Positions 15,700 through 33,223 of a DNA stretch of 64,000 nucleotides are shown here, in pieces (positions within the stretch are counted from its first letter, which is position 1; every line of letters starts with the position of its first letter). The notes under the pieces were generated by a model. The model was given only the letters and a program-made list of their open reading frames with translations. It ran no database searches and was not told where the DNA came from. The DNA lies in contig OZ024740.1 of the NCBI GenBank assembly GCA_964016885.1, positions 403,806,001 through 403,870,000 on the forward strand, written 5' to 3'. The translations under genes were made by a program, and so were the position numbers. The DNA comes from Eledone cirrhosa. Its lineage: Eukaryota.

Positions 15700-15765
15700 A
15701 TGTTCATTCAAAAATATTCCTACTAAAGGAATCATTTTCCTACACACACACATATACACACACAC

Positions 15766-15802
<37 letters not shown>

Positions 15803-16710
15803 TCTTCATCTTAACATGCTAACCATACTCCCACACACATAACACCCATACACACACATAACAACCCCCACACCTACAACAACCTCCCCATTTCTACTAA
15901 TAGAACCACTTTCCTACACACATATATATATACACACACACAAAATATATATTCTCTCTATCTAACATACTCGCACACACACACATAACACCCATATACA
16001 CACACACACAACTCCCTCCCCCATCTCTACTAATAGAATCATCTTCCAATACACACATACACACACACACACACATACACACACACACAAGCACACAAAT
16101 AAACACATATCTTCAGTCTCAATAGAAAATCTGAACTCTGACACCTGAACTCTGACAGCTGGCCATATTCACTGAACCAGAACATTTCTCCCAATCCCTT
16201 TTCCCTTGACCACTATCTCTCCATTGTCATAACATTCACTATAAAGACTACAGAATAGTTTTCCAAATAAGGGCGCAAAAATGTAATGAAAACTTGTTCA
16301 CGTGACAGCCAAATTTCATTTATAACCAACCAAAAAAAAGCCTTCGTGAGCCTCATTTTTTCAAGTAAAAAGAAATTCAAACACTCATATATGAAAAAAC
16401 AACCTGTGACAACCCCCCCCCCCTCTCTTATTTGAAGAACTATTGTAACGCGAACTGGCGCGAAATTTATTATAATTATTGACAAACCAATCAAATTACT
16501 TCTCGAAAAACCTGGTTTTCGAGCCACTTTTTCCATATAAAACAAGTAACATTTAGAGACCAACCAGATGTGAGAAAAACCACAGACCCTCCATCTCAAC
16601 TCACCTTTTGAAAAGCAGAAGAACTGCGAAACCGGTAAAGGAACCAAATAAATATATATATTTTTTTTAAAAATAAGACTTCAGTTGCATTTTCGATTTC
16701 ATCCCTTTTT

Positions 16711-16715
<5 letters not shown>
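15700..16715 (+). mobile_element. PLE 3' UTR/pLTR region with internal (CA)n, homologous to 34500-35870
   Basis: Shared blocks from TTCATTCAAAAATATTCCTACTA to CAGTTGCATTTTCGATTTCATC; the other copy directly follows a GIY-YIG ORF. Confidence 0.8.
16604..16641 (+). ncRNA. Minimal type I hammerhead with compensatory U3-A8 core
   Basis: CCTT-TTGAAAA-GCAG-AAGAA-CTGC-GAAA-CCG-GTA-AAGG. Stems I and II are perfect; stem III is the palindrome ACCGGT. Confidence 0.85.
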
Positions 16716-16775
<60 letters not shown>

Positions 16776-16778
<3 letters not shown>

Positions 16779-18780
16779 TCACCATCATCATCGTTTAACG
16801 TCCATCTTCCACGCTTGCATGGGTTTGGACGGGAGTTTTCCCACTTGAGGCAAGAGTGGTTGTCTTGCTCGCATAGGACTGTCTGGCGGGTTTTCTACGG
16901 CTGGATGCCCTTCCTAACACCAACCACGTTTACAGTGTGGACGGGGGTGTATTTTTGTTAGAGGTGCTTACTGACTGTAGTAGGTTTCACTTTGTACTTA
17001 GGTAAGGCGAATCTTCTCTATTACTGTGTAGCGCCAAAGATCTCGATCCAGTGACATTGTCTTGGAGAGGTGTAAGTGTGTGAGGTCGGAATTTATCAAG
17101 TCGTCCCAGGTTTTTCTGGGTCTGCCTACTCCGTGGTTACTGTCTATTTTTATTGCCCTGCACTTTTTTATACAGCTGTCGTCTTTCATGCGCATCACGT
17201 GACCATACCAACGTAGTTTTCTCTCGAGTAAACAACATCGTATCCCACTTATTTCTAATTTCTCCCTTAGTTCGTTTATGCTTTGCCGTTCACGTATATT
17301 ACTATTACACATCCAGCGGAGCATGCAAGCTTCGTTCCTCTCCAGTCTGCGTATATCCTCTGCACACAATGCCCAGGTCTCACTGCAATGTAACATTGCT
17401 GTTCGTATGCAGGCATCATACAGCCTGCCTTTCATTTTTAGAGAGAACCCTTTAGCGGCTAATAGTGGTATAAGCTCTCTGAACTTTTTCCATCCAGTTC
17501 TGACTCTAGCTACTGTACTTTCAGAGCACCCTCCACCACTGCTGATTTTATCACCCAAGTAACGGAAGGTGTCCACTATTTCTATAGAACCATCTGTGCA
17601 ATGGAATGAGCTAGTATTCCTTGGGCACTTGCTGCTACTTATTGCACCAGAGCACCGACCACATATAAAATCTATATTCTTAGTTAGCTTACCTGTGATA
17701 CCACTACATCTTTTATGCACCCATACTTTGCATTTGGGACATAAAATGGAGTTTCTACCTACTCCTTTCCTACACACTGAGCATGCCCTATTTTCCTTCC
17801 TACAAACTAGAACTTTAGTCTTAGACAGGTTAATTTTAAGGCCTTTTGATTCTAGGCCATGCTTGGAATTTCTTCTCTAGTTCAGCCATTGATTCAGCTA
17901 TGAGCGTTAGATCATCTTCGTATAGGAGTTCCCATGGGAAGCCGGTCTTGAACTCCACTGTTATAGCCTGAAGGGCAATAATAAATAGTAGGGGCTAAGA
18001 ACGGAGCTCTGATGAACACCAACTTTTACGCTAAACTCTTTACTATATTCGTTGTTAATTCTAACCTTGCTGACTGTTTCTTTATACATGGCTTGTATAG
18101 CTCTCACAAGCCATTCATCAACACCTAGTTTTCTTAGAGCCCACCAGATAATGGAACGGGGGACTCTGTCAAAGGCTTTCTCCAAGTCGACAAAAGCTAA
18201 GTATAGGGGTTTACTTTTAGCTAGGTACTTCTCCTGTAGTTGTCGTACAATGAAAAGAGCGTCTGTGGTACTTTTACCTGACACAAACCCGAACTGCATT
18301 TCATCTAGATCAATTCGCTCTCTGATTAGTTGCGCTATTACTTTTTCTGTGACCTTCATGACCTGGTCGATTAATTTAATGCCTCTATAGTTACCCCTAT
18401 CTAGGGCATCTCCTTTACCCTTGTAGCAGTTAAAGATAATGCTACTACGCCAGTCCTTCTGAACAACCCCATTCTGTATGACTTGGTTTACTATCCGAGT
18501 GACCATGGTGTGTCCCACCGTTCCAGAAGCTTTCAGCATTTCAGCAACTATTTCCGAAGGCCCAGCTGCCTTACCCGTCTTCATATATTTGATTGCCTTA
18601 CTTATTATACTACCTTCGACTAACACTGCTGGTCCCTCTATTGGATCGATGTGGGGGAGACTGTCTTTCTCCCATTTATTCTCCTCATTTAGTAGCCTTT
18701 CGTAGTGACACTTCCAAGCTACCTTCTTATCAGCGTCATTGATGGCAAGTACACCATCATCATTAAGGACATATTTAGTA
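16776..18780 (-). mobile_element. 5'-truncated RTE-clade LINE (RT with PHD-like Cys insert), frameshifted
   Basis: NYRGIKLI, QFGF, FVDLEKAFDRVPR, GVHQSSVLSP, FRYLGD, LRWYGHVMR, GRPRKTW; (GAT)n tail at 16776-16793. Confidence 0.92.
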
Positions 18781-18807
18781 TAAATAAATATATATATATA
18801 TATATAG

Positions 18808-18872
<65 letters not shown>

Positions 18873-19306
18873 GTATTTTTAACTCTGATACTGGTTCAGT
18901 CTAGTTCAACTGAATTGGTCTGTCCCAGTCATTCATTGAGCAACATCGGTGAAGTTGGCACCCTTAACTCACAGTTGGGTGCGGATGCATTCATGTATGT
19001 ATGTGTGTGTCCGCATGTATCTGTGTGTTTCTAAATATATTGTTAATAACTCCCTCTGGTCGAGCAATCTTTGAAGTGTGGGGACAGCTGGAAAGCTTCC
19101 ATTACTCATACTTCTCGCCTCCTTCACCACCTCTTCTACGGCCTCGATATAAATACCCCCTCCGCCTCCGTGGTATTTTCTTCGGGGTTATAAGAGGCTT
19201 AGCTCTGTTTCTCGACCGTTATATCGCGTGACTATCTCCCCCTCCGCCTTTTGGGATTCTTTCTCACGTCGTGTAGACGCGTTCTTGAGACTAGTAAAAT
19301 GAGGTA

Positions 19307-19396
19307 TCCTCTTGATAAGTCGGCAGACCTCGCAAGGACTCTATGTCTTTATGATATATTGTTTTTGTTTATACCACGAAACTACGTAGTCGAGGA
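19307..19396 (+). ncRNA. Type I hammerhead, U3-A8 core, large stem II insertion
   Basis: TCCTC-TTGATAA-GT...~55 nt...AC-GAAA-CTACGTA-GTC-GAGGA. Perfect stem I; 10-nt palindromic stem III ACTACGTAGT. Lies in a non-coding element (18871-19465) bounded by (TA)n. Confidence 0.75.
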
Positions 19397-19462
19397 ATTT
19401 AGAAGCAGTTTAGGTATGATACATTTTATTACTAATTATATCTAAATGTTTCTTCTCTCTTC

Positions 19463-19507
<45 letters not shown>

Positions 19508-19509
<2 letters not shown>

Positions 19510-19566
19510 CGAAGGAAATGTGGTAAGGAACCAGGTGGACCATAACGCACCAAAGTACTCAATATA
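19508..19566 (-). mobile_element. Solo 3' terminus of the 24.3-kb PLE family
   Basis: AACGAAGGAAATGTGGTAAGGAACCAG...GTACTCAATA, as at 24301, 35950 and 39914. Confidence 0.85.
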
Positions 19567-19608
19567 TTAGTAAAAAGGAAAATATATATGTATATATATA
19601 TATATGTA

Positions 19609-19757
<149 letters not shown>

Positions 19758-19989
19758 GTGTATATATATATACATATATATATATAGATAAATCTACCAA
19801 AATGTACGGTAGTGTCCAATCCGTATGAAGAACTCAATGTAATCCAAATATAAGGAACTGTTTCTTTGTTTTTATTCATTATTTTTATTAATTTATATAT
19901 ATATATATCCCCATATTTTTCATATATATATATATATATATATAGTGACGAAACAAGTCAATTGCATGAACTCATAATCCTTTATTTAC

Positions 19990-20041
19990 TGCTATATATA
20001 TTTCGATGATAGCCATTGAATGGCTATGACCTCATCAGGCA
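19990..20041 (-). ncRNA. Type I hammerhead ribozyme
   Basis: Minus strand: TGC-CTGATGA-GGTC-ATAGCCAT-TCA-ATGGCTAT-CATC-GAAA-TATATA-TA-GCA. Near the (TA)n-abutting end of a non-coding element (~19945-21268). Confidence 0.8.
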
Positions 20042-20340
20042 TTTAGTCAGTTCTTAGATATGCCAGCTCTGTGTTTTTGGTGTTGATGGTTTCAGAGCCT
20101 TGGGACATATAAGCTTCTTAGGGATAATTTAATGTAGTCAGTAGGAATAATCTTAATTATCATTGGTCAGTTTGTAGGGTTGGTATTTGACCTCAAAGAG
20201 GCAGGTGGTGTTGTAAAGTTCAAACCGCCAGGCAAAATGACAATAGTTCCATATGACTGATTTTCACAAAAAGCATTCCTGGTCAGATATATATTTAATT
20301 GAGGTTTATAGTATGAAATTCGATACTACAGGTCATTCTT

Positions 20341-20620
20341 AAATTGAGGAATTTATGTGGGGTGGTACTACTGAGAATTATGGTTAGAGTCAAATACTAG
20401 TTTACATATAAAAAACTTATGCTGGTTGACTTGCACATATACTCACACCCACACCCACAGACACACACCCACACGTACAAATTGAGGAATTTATGTGGGG
20501 TGGTAATACTGAAAATTATGGTTAGAGTCAAATACTAGAGAGTTTACATATAAAAAAACTTATGCTGGTTGATTTGTACATACACTCACACCTACCCCCA
20601 CAGACACACACACACATCTA
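20341..20620. repeat. Tandem duplication, ~138-bp unit, 2 copies
   Basis: AAATTGAGGAATTTATGTGGGGTGGTA... at 20341 and 20479. Confidence 0.9.
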
Positions 20621-21285
20621 CACACACAAATCCATACAGGTGTGTATATATATGTATGTACGCACAAGTACATATATATTTACAACAGAGGCCCCCAAAT
20701 CCAAGTATATGGCAGACATAAAACGAGGTGGGTGTTATTTTTAAAGGAAAGTAAAGTGGGTGTTTGGAAAAGTTATTGTTTAGACTAGACCAAAGGTTTG
20801 CCCCTGGAAATCACGAAACGCCCCCCTACCCTATTTTTCCAGTTTTCAATATACTACTAATTTTGATATCAGTAGATTACTGGGCCAAATCAAGTTATCT
20901 TAGATTCTTTAAAAAATACTCGTACGAATTAAATACAAAAAAGTTTCAGTCCAAAACAAAAGCAAGCTATTTCAAATTATATATTTTTGAAATAAAAAAA
21001 CATTTGATCTCAGTCGAAAAAGCTTCTTTTTTTTTTAAATTCTATATTTCACTGTTAGCTGTTGCAATATTTTGAGTGGATAGACAATTGAAACTGCAAA
21101 GTCAAAATACAAAAGATGCAAAATATGAAGAATTTCTTACCTTTCTCTGAAATCACAAACACAGGGGAAAAATAGTACCTTGCAAAATAATATACCTCGT
21201 AGCAAAATAAGTAGTAAGGAATGAATTGAGAAGCTTGGTGACTGAGAAAGCAATATTTTTATCCCTTATATATAAACATAGATAG

Positions 21286-21320
<35 letters not shown>

Positions 21321-21339
21321 CATACACACACACAAACTT

Positions 21340-21680
21340 GTGTGTGTGTATGAATCGGATCAGGGTCTTTCTGGCGGCGTGTATGATTCGGACCTCGTCG
21401 CGCGTTAGGTCTGTCCTGTTCATCGCGAATATGAGTGCCTTGTTCAGGACTATGGGTGAGATAGAGGAGTAGAAATTGTTGATATCTAGTTGTATGAAGC
21501 TAGTCCGATGTTTGTCAGGTAAAAATGTAAACCAGTCCAGCACCTGGCTGGTGCAGGACCAGAGTTGTAACCTTATTTTACTCTTAAGTGTTGGCAGGAT
21601 CCTATCTAAAATGCTTTTGCTAATTACCCCCATGTCTGACCGGGAGGAGGCTATCAGTCTGACCGGCAGGTTAGACATGC
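21340..21680 (-). pseudogene. PLE (Naiad-like) reverse transcriptase fragment
   Basis: LPVRLI...SKSILDRI...QLWSCTSQVLDWF...FIQLDINNFYSSIS. Confidence 0.85.
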
Positions 21681-21989
21681 TCTACTCTCTGTCTCTCAAA
21701 TCCGTTCTCTCGACCGAGATCTTCCCAAGGCCTACCTCCATCACTCCCCGTATGCTACCCCTCCCCATCCTTACCCAATTCATTCTTCATCTCAATTTCC
21801 TCACTTCCATCAAAATCCACAAACTTCACTCACTCCGCTCCCCACCTGCCGTCACCACTCATACTCATTTCATCTCCAGCCCTGACCCTACTATCCCGTC
21901 ACCTACTCGCCAGGGATTTGCATTTTGTACCTACCACATCAATCTGCGACGAGTTCCGTGACACCCCATCATCTACACAGACTGACGGC

Positions 21990-22968
21990 AAACACACACT
22001 GGACTTCAAGCTCTGGCCAGTTTAGTACCCTCGAATCCTTTGCCGACGCACTGCATTCTCGTCGCATTAACCTCAATCGGGCCAAGCTCTCCGCTCTTGG
22101 CAGCCTACGGCGTTGCGATGACATTGCCATCAAACTCACCGACAAAGGTGGTGCTGTGGTGTTGTGGGGTGTAGACCATTACAAGACTGAAGCCCTTCGC
22201 CAACTTGATGACACACCCAATTTTACCGGCTTTTATTCTCCGACCCCACCCCTGGCTACCAACAGCTCGTGTCCTCCACCATTCACCAGCTCATCTGCTC
22301 CTCTCTCCTATCCACCACAGCCACGAAACTTATAGTACGCACCCCTCGCACGCCCACCATCTATTTCCTCTCCAAAATACATAAACCAAATAATCGCGGC
22401 CCTCCTATCGTTTCTGCGTGCAACTGCCCCATCGAAATCCTCTCGCAATACTTGGATACCCTCCTCGTTCTGTAGTCATCGACCTCCCCTCCCACATCCA
22501 CGACACCTATCATGCCCTTAGACTCTTTAATTCCTTCTCCTTCCCTCCTGGCCACTCTCACCTCTTCACCCTGGACATCACTTCTCTCTATACCGTCATG
22601 CCGCATGATGACGGTCTCCGCCCTCTCCTACACTTTTTGCACATACGACCTACCCCTTACGCCAGCCCTACCACACTTCTCTGTCTGGCTGAGCTTGTTT
22701 TGACCCACAATAGGTTTCCTTTTCCGGTGAATTCTATCAGCAGGTCTCTGGGGTAGTCATGGGAACCAGAATGGTTCCGAACTATGGCAACTTTGGTGTT
22801 GGCTACGTCGAAGTCCAGATATTCTCCCAGTACACTGGACCTACTCCTGAACTATGTGGTCGTTATATCGACGTATGCATCGGCGTCACCTCTCTATCAC
22901 GTGAACTGCTCGACTGCTTTCTCTCCTTCGCCCAATCTTTTCATCCTGCTTTCACCTTCACCAACTAA
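21990..22968 (+). pseudogene. PLE (Poseidon/Neptune-like) reverse transcriptase, multiply frameshifted
   Basis: IKLTDKGGAVV, IYFLSKIHKPNNRGPPIVS, LFTLDITSLYT, MGTRMVPNY, RYIDV. Confidence 0.88.
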
Positions 22969-23598
22969 TCGTCAAAAAGCCTTTGTACTGATGTTACAAA
23001 CAACGTAAGAAATGCTTTAATGATCCCTCAGTTTAATCGAATGATATACAAACAAAACCTCAAGTTTACAGCCCTAAGTAATAACACTAGCTTATCCATC
23101 TTATATTACCTAATGCCCTGTAGTATATCTTTCGCTTTGTAAACATGTGTCCTTTCATTCCAATTCTCATCTGCATTATTCATTTGCCCATGTAAATATT
23201 CTCAATCGTGTATGATCATTCAGCATTTAAGAAACTCTCTGGCTGGCACTTGTTTCATCACCTTGCACTTTATTTCTATATAAATCTACCCTCCTTTCGA
23301 AACTATTAAACCAGTCGCTGCTCACAACAATTTCTTTCCTTTCAGTCACATTTACTTGCTGCTCGTTCAACGTTTTAATCATTAAGAAGATCTGCTGCGT
23401 TTTCGTAGACTAACCCAAGCCTAATCAGCATATTACGTGGATTTGATCCTCAAACTAATAGCTTACCAGTAACTTTGTCCATTTAAAATAATTGAACTGC
23501 TACGTGAGTGATTTCGTGATAACTGTCGCTTTCATCTGGGCAAAATATTTTACATTCTGCAATAATCTCCCTATTCTCCGATCTTTGACGGACTAGAT

Positions 23599-23874
23599 CA
23601 GGCATGGGCAACCTTTTTCGAGAAGCGGGCCGCATAAGATATGGTTCATCACCAGGCGGGCCGTAAGTGCTAATTTACATTCGTGCCCACATAAAAAAAG
23701 GGTTGTTTTGATTTGTTTCTTCAGAATTCATACAAGTTGTTTTCTTCGATCGAAAAATGATAGGAAGATAAATTACGACTGAAAAGTTGGAGTAAAAAAA
23801 TCAGAAAGATTTCACTTAGGTGACTTAAGCGAACCATTCAGAAAGCTTCGCGGGCCGCAGGTTGCCCATGACTG
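23599..23874. mobile_element. hAT (Charlie/SPIN-like) MITE, 276 bp
   Basis: TIRs CAGGCATGGGCAACCT / AGGTTGCCCATGACTG; 8-bp TSD GACTAGAT (23591-23598) / GACTAGAC (23875-23882). Confidence 0.9.
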
Positions 23875-24161
23875 GACTAGACTAACACATTTCCAATGTT
23901 GTTTAGCTTTTCCCCTTTCGTTTATCTCTTTAGTATTTCCACCCTAATTTTAATCGTGATAATGTTTTTCTATGTACCATTATCACATACACAGAAATTT
24001 CGCTTTCGAGGCGTTTTCGGGGGTAAACAGGAAAAATGTTTAAAACTTAAACTTTAAACCAAATAACATGAATAATACACCCAACACTATGTTTATGTTA
24101 CCGACTTAAAATAGCAAAATCCTTAAATACGCCGAAAACATAGTGTGGCAAAGTAATCATA

Positions 24162-24266
<105 letters not shown>

Positions 24267-24267
24267 A

Positions 24268-24301
<34 letters not shown>

Positions 24302-25612
24302 ACGAAGGAAATGTGGTAAGGAACCAGATGGACCATAACGCACCAAAGTACTCAATACTTAGGGTAGTAGAGTGGGTAATAGGAACGAGTAGGACCTCGA
24401 CGGCTGAGCTCAAGCCGTTTCGACGGCTAATTCTGGACTAAATGAACATTTTTATCCTGGTATTTGAATAGCCGAGCTTCTCAGGGGGTAATTCCATATA
24501 TGGTAAAAGTGATTGTCACAAGAATTGGTCAAAAGTTTGTTGTTGAGACATAATAATTCTATCATGGCAATTTGTGGAGGGAGGGGTAGCTGAACCTGCC
24601 AGTAGAAGAAAGAGGGAGAGGGGGTGGATGAAACCAAGTCGTGCGTTGATAGTGCCAACCACAGCTGGGCAGGAGGTCAAAGAAGATACTAGGGTGGGAG
24701 GGGGAGGAAGTCGAAACAATAAGTAAAACAATATGGGGTAAATATATAGAAAAAAACCGGGAGTGTTAAAAAACAATTAAATGTAAAAAAACAATTTCTG
24801 GTTACTATAACCTAAGGACAGCTATCAAGTCTATCACTGGTACTGCTAGACTAAAGAAAGGTTTACTAGGTGGGACGGAATTATAATGAGACCCTTTTAA
24901 GAGGTATAAGTAAACAACCGAATATATCTTACGGTGACGGGTCAACAAGTAGGGGGGGGGGGGCAAAATACTAAAGAAACTACCACGAAATAATAATTCA
25001 GAGTCCCGAGACCAGTACGAAATAAAGGTTTCTACCCAGGCACAAGGCCAGCAACCACCCGGTGCTAAAAAAAAATAAACTAATACGAAATAATAATTCA
25101 GAATCCCGAAAAAGAATACTAATACTATCTCTAAGGGTGCCGCCACGATACAAAAATTCTAGTGCAAACTACATAAATGCTCGTACGAAGTATATGTAAA
25201 ATTTGATACGGAAAATTAATTCAGAATCCCCCCCCCCCCTACAAAAAAATACTGATATACGAGAAATTAAAACAAAGATACCACTAAGAAATATGGAAAG
25301 CACGGAAAAGGGGCAGCCATCGGATAAGAAGGCAAGTATCCGGGTCTAACACATCTGCTATAAAAAGCGGAGTCGGCCAAATCTATCATAGAATAGGGGA
25401 AAGTGGTGGGGGTACTGAGGCTACAAAGGACGGAGGGGCTGCCTCGGGTGGACGAGAAAGTAAAAGGACGACGACAAAGAGAGAGGACTGGGGTGGAAGG
25501 ACAAGGGAGGGATGGGGGAAGAAAGAAATATAGAGGAAGCGATAAAAGGATATAAAAGAAGATCTACCTTTGCAAGCAGGGGTTACCCATTACAAAATCG
25601 GCAAGTGGGGTG

Positions 25613-26348
25613 TTATAGCCCTATCCCCCCCCCCCGGTCATTATGGGGTTTGAGGGCGAGGTAAGTCCTACGCAATCTGTGTTTACATGCAGTTACCAGT
25701 TCATCTTTCTTGTTTAGGAGTTGGTCCGTCGAAAACAGCATTTGTAAAGTTTCCTCCGAGCATAAATTGCACGGACGGCGTCCTCCCGTGTAAGAGTTGG
25801 CTCTGGACAGTAAGCTCCAAGTGAGATCATAGGTAATATTGTTATCCTTGAGGTCCCATATGTGGCCCGAAAGTGTCGTGGCGTGACGCCAGGCCGGGTT
25901 TCGGAAGGTATGTCTGTGTTGGTATAGCCGGGTCTTCAAGTCACATGCGGTTAATCCTATATAAGCTTTGTTGGAGGTGTCCGTCATCACGTTGCACTGG
26001 TAGATCACATTACGATCTCTGCATCTGTTGTCGAGGGGGCAAATGGATCCATCAAGACAGTTGCACCTCCTGGTCGGCCCTCCACTGCTATTTAGGTTAT
26101 TTCTTCCATAGGGGTTGAGTTTTTTGTTGTTAGAGGAGACGATGTTTTGTGTAAAGTTTGGTGTCGTGTTGTAGGAGAGTTTGATGGTATTTTTGTTAAT
26201 TATGTTGTGGTAGCGGTGTTGTAGTGGGAAGTGTTTTTCAATGAGCCTAAAAAAGATTTTCCCGATAGGAGTTGTCACCTCGACGTTGTGGGGAGGATTG
26301 AACTATGTTACGTTGCGTGAGCGGCGGTGTCGCCTGCTGGTTCTGCTT
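25613..26348 (-). pseudogene. PLE linker and GIY-YIG endonuclease (inverted arm)
   Basis: KHFP..H.Y..IINKNTIKLSY, CNCxxxxxCPLxxxC, VIYQC...YIGLT, C-terminal CxLC..E. Confidence 0.9.
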
Positions 26349-26349
26349 A

Positions 26350-27512
26350 TAGGATTATAGGATTATTCCTAATAGCCAAACTCACCGATATGTTTCCTGC
26401 ATTCGGCGGTGGATTGTACCGTGATGATGGGCTCCTTACTCTTAAAGGGTACAACCCCAGTAGTACAGATCTGGTCCGTAAACGATTTAAAATAACCCTA
26501 CAAACGTACCTGACGCGAGTAAACTTCCTGGACGATACGCTTGACCTCGATAACCATCTGTACTACCCATACAGGAAACCTAACGACAACCTGCACTACA
26601 TCCACCGCTGGTCAAACCATCCTAGAAACATCACCAATAGCCTGGTTAAAAACATCTCCCTCCGCATATCTCGTTTGTCAGCTAATGAGCAGATATTCGA
26701 GGAATATGCGCCTTATTACAACCAGGTCCTCAAGCGGAGTGGTTTCCGGGAGGGAATATCCTACTGTCCAGCTTCCATTAGCGGAACCAGCAGGCGACAC
26801 CGCCGCTCACGCAATGTAACATGGTTCAATCCTCCCCACAACGCCGAGGTGACAACTCCTATCGAGAAAATCTTCTTTAGGCTCATTGAAAAACACTTCC
26901 CACTACAACACCGCTACCACAACATAATTAACAAAAATACCATCAAACTCTCCTACAGCACGACACCAAACTTTACACAAATCATCGTCTCCTCTAACAA
27001 CAAAAAACTCAACCGCTATGGAAAAAATAAACTAAATAGCAGCGGAGGGCCGACCAGGAGGTGCAACTGTCCTGATGGATCCATTTGCTCCCTCGACAAC
27101 AGATGCAGAGATCGTAATGTGATCTACCAGTGCAACGTGAGGACAGGACACCTCCAACAAAGCTTATATAGGATTAACCGGATGTGACTTGAAAACCCGG
27201 CTATACCAACACAGACATACCTTCCGAAACCCGGCCCGGCGTCACGCCACGACACTTTCGGGCCACATCTGGGACCTCAAGGATAACAATATTAACTATG
27301 ATCTCACTTGGAGCTTACTGTCCAGAGCCAACTCTTACACGGAAGGACGCCGTCCGTGCAATTTATGCTCGGAGGAAACTTTACAAATGCTGTTTTCGAC
27401 GGACCAACTCCTAAACAAGAAAGATGAACTGGTAACTGCATGTAAACACAGATTGCGTAGGATTTACCTCGCCCTCAAACCCCATAATGAGCCGGGGGGA
27501 GGGGTAGACTAG
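26350..27512 (+). pseudogene. PLE RT C-terminal half and GIY-YIG, 5'-truncated, frameshifted near 27140
   Basis: GLYRDDGL, VNFLD, PYRKPND, SNHP, WFNPP, CNC; the following ORF has KTRLYQH...CNLCSEE. Confidence 0.92.
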
Positions 27513-28633
27513 GGCTATAACACCCCACTTGCCGATTTTGTAATGGGTAACCCTTGCTTGCAAAGGTAGATCTTCTTTTATATCCTTTTATCGCTTCCTC
27601 TATATTTCCTTCTTCCTCCCATCCCTCCCTAGTCCTTCCACCGCAGTCCTCTCTCTTTGTCGTCTTCCTTTTACGTTCTCGCCCACCCGAGTCAGCCCCT
27701 TGGTCCTTTGTAGCCTCAGTACCCCCACCACCTTCCCCTATTCTATGATAGATTTGGCCGACTCCGCTTTTTATAGCAGATGTGTTAGACCCGGATACTT
27801 GCCTTCTTATCCGATGGCTGCCCCTTTTCCGTGCTTTCCATATTTCTTAGTGGTATCTTTGCTTTAATTTCTCGTATATCAGTATTTTTTTTTGGGGGGT
27901 GGGGGGGGGGGATTCTGAATTAATTTTCTGTATCAAATTTTACATATACTTCGTACGAGCATTTATGTAGTTTGCACTAGAATTTTTGTATCGTGGCGGC
28001 ACCTTTAGAGATAATATTAGTATTCTTTTTCGGGATTCTCAATTATTATTTCGTATTAGTTTATTTTTTTTAGCACCGGGTGGTTGTTGGCCTTGTACGT
28101 GGGGTAGAAACCTTTATTTCGTACTGGTTTCGGGACTCTGAATTATTATTTCGTGGTAGTTTCTTTAGTAATTTGGCCCCCCACTTGTTGACCCGTCACC
28201 TTAAGATATATTCGGTTGTTTACTTATACCTCTTAAAAGGGTCTCATTATAATTCCGTCCCACCTAGTAAACCTTTCTTTAGTCTAGCAGTACCAGTGAG
28301 AGACTTGATAGCTGTCCTTAGGTTATAGCAACCAGAAATTGTTTTTTTACATTTAATTGTTTTTAACACTGCCGGTTTTTTTCTATATATTTACCCCATA
28401 TTGTTTTACTTATTGTTTCTACTTTCCCCCTAGTATCTTCTTTGTTCTCCTGCCCAGCTGTGGTTGGCACTATCAACGCACGACTTGGTTTCATCCAACC
28501 CCTCACCCTCTTTCTTCTACTGGCAGGTTCAGCTACCCCCTCCCTCCACAAATTGCCATGATAGAATTATTATGTCTCAACAACAAACTTTTGACCAATC
28601 CTTGTGACAATCACTTTTACCATATATGGAATT

Positions 28634-28729
28634 ACCCCCTGAGAAGCTCGGCTATTCAAATACCAGGATAAAAATGTTCATTTAGTCCAGAATTAGCCGT
28701 CGAAACGGCTTGAGCTCAGCCGTCGAGGT
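28634..28729 (+). ncRNA. Hammerhead-like motif with enlarged stem II and atypical core (inverted copy at 24394-24489)
   Basis: ACCCC-CTGAGAA-..CGGCTA.ATTC...GAAT.TAGCCG..-GAAA-CGGCT-TGAGCTC-AGCC-GTC-GAGGT (GGGGT in the 40.1-kb copy). Core has C3/A8 rather than C3-G8. Confidence 0.6.
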
Positions 28730-28739
28730 CTTACTCGTT

Positions 28740-31190
<2,451 letters not shown>

Positions 31191-31206
31191 TATATATATA
31201 TATATA

Positions 31207-32504
<1,298 letters not shown>

Positions 32505-32597
32505 ATATGTGTGTATATATATGTATATGTATATATATATGTGTATATGTGTTTATATGGTTTTATGTGTGTGTATATATATATATATGTATATATA

Positions 32598-32640
<43 letters not shown>

Positions 32641-32651
32641 GTATGTGTGTC

Positions 32652-32724
<73 letters not shown>

Positions 32725-32757
32725 ATATATGTATATGTATGTGTATATATATGTATA

Positions 32758-32870
<113 letters not shown>

Positions 32871-33016
32871 TTATATATTTATATATTTATGTATTTGTGT
32901 ATGTGTGTGTGTATATGTATATATGATTGTATATATATGTTTGTGTATATGTATGTATATATATGTGTGTATATGTATGTGTGTATATGTGTATATGTAT
33001 GTATATATATATATAA

Positions 33017-33116
<100 letters not shown>

Positions 33117-33164
33117 GTAAATGTATGTGTGTATGTATATATGTGTCTATATATATGATATGTG

Positions 33165-33223
<59 letters not shown>

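Larger units (their letters stand above)
24301..28744. mobile_element. Naiad-like Penelope element with ~2-kb inverted duplication of its 3' half, inserted in (TA)n
   Basis: 24379-26348 is the reverse complement of ~26780-28744. Both ends abut (TA)n. Confidence 0.93.
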
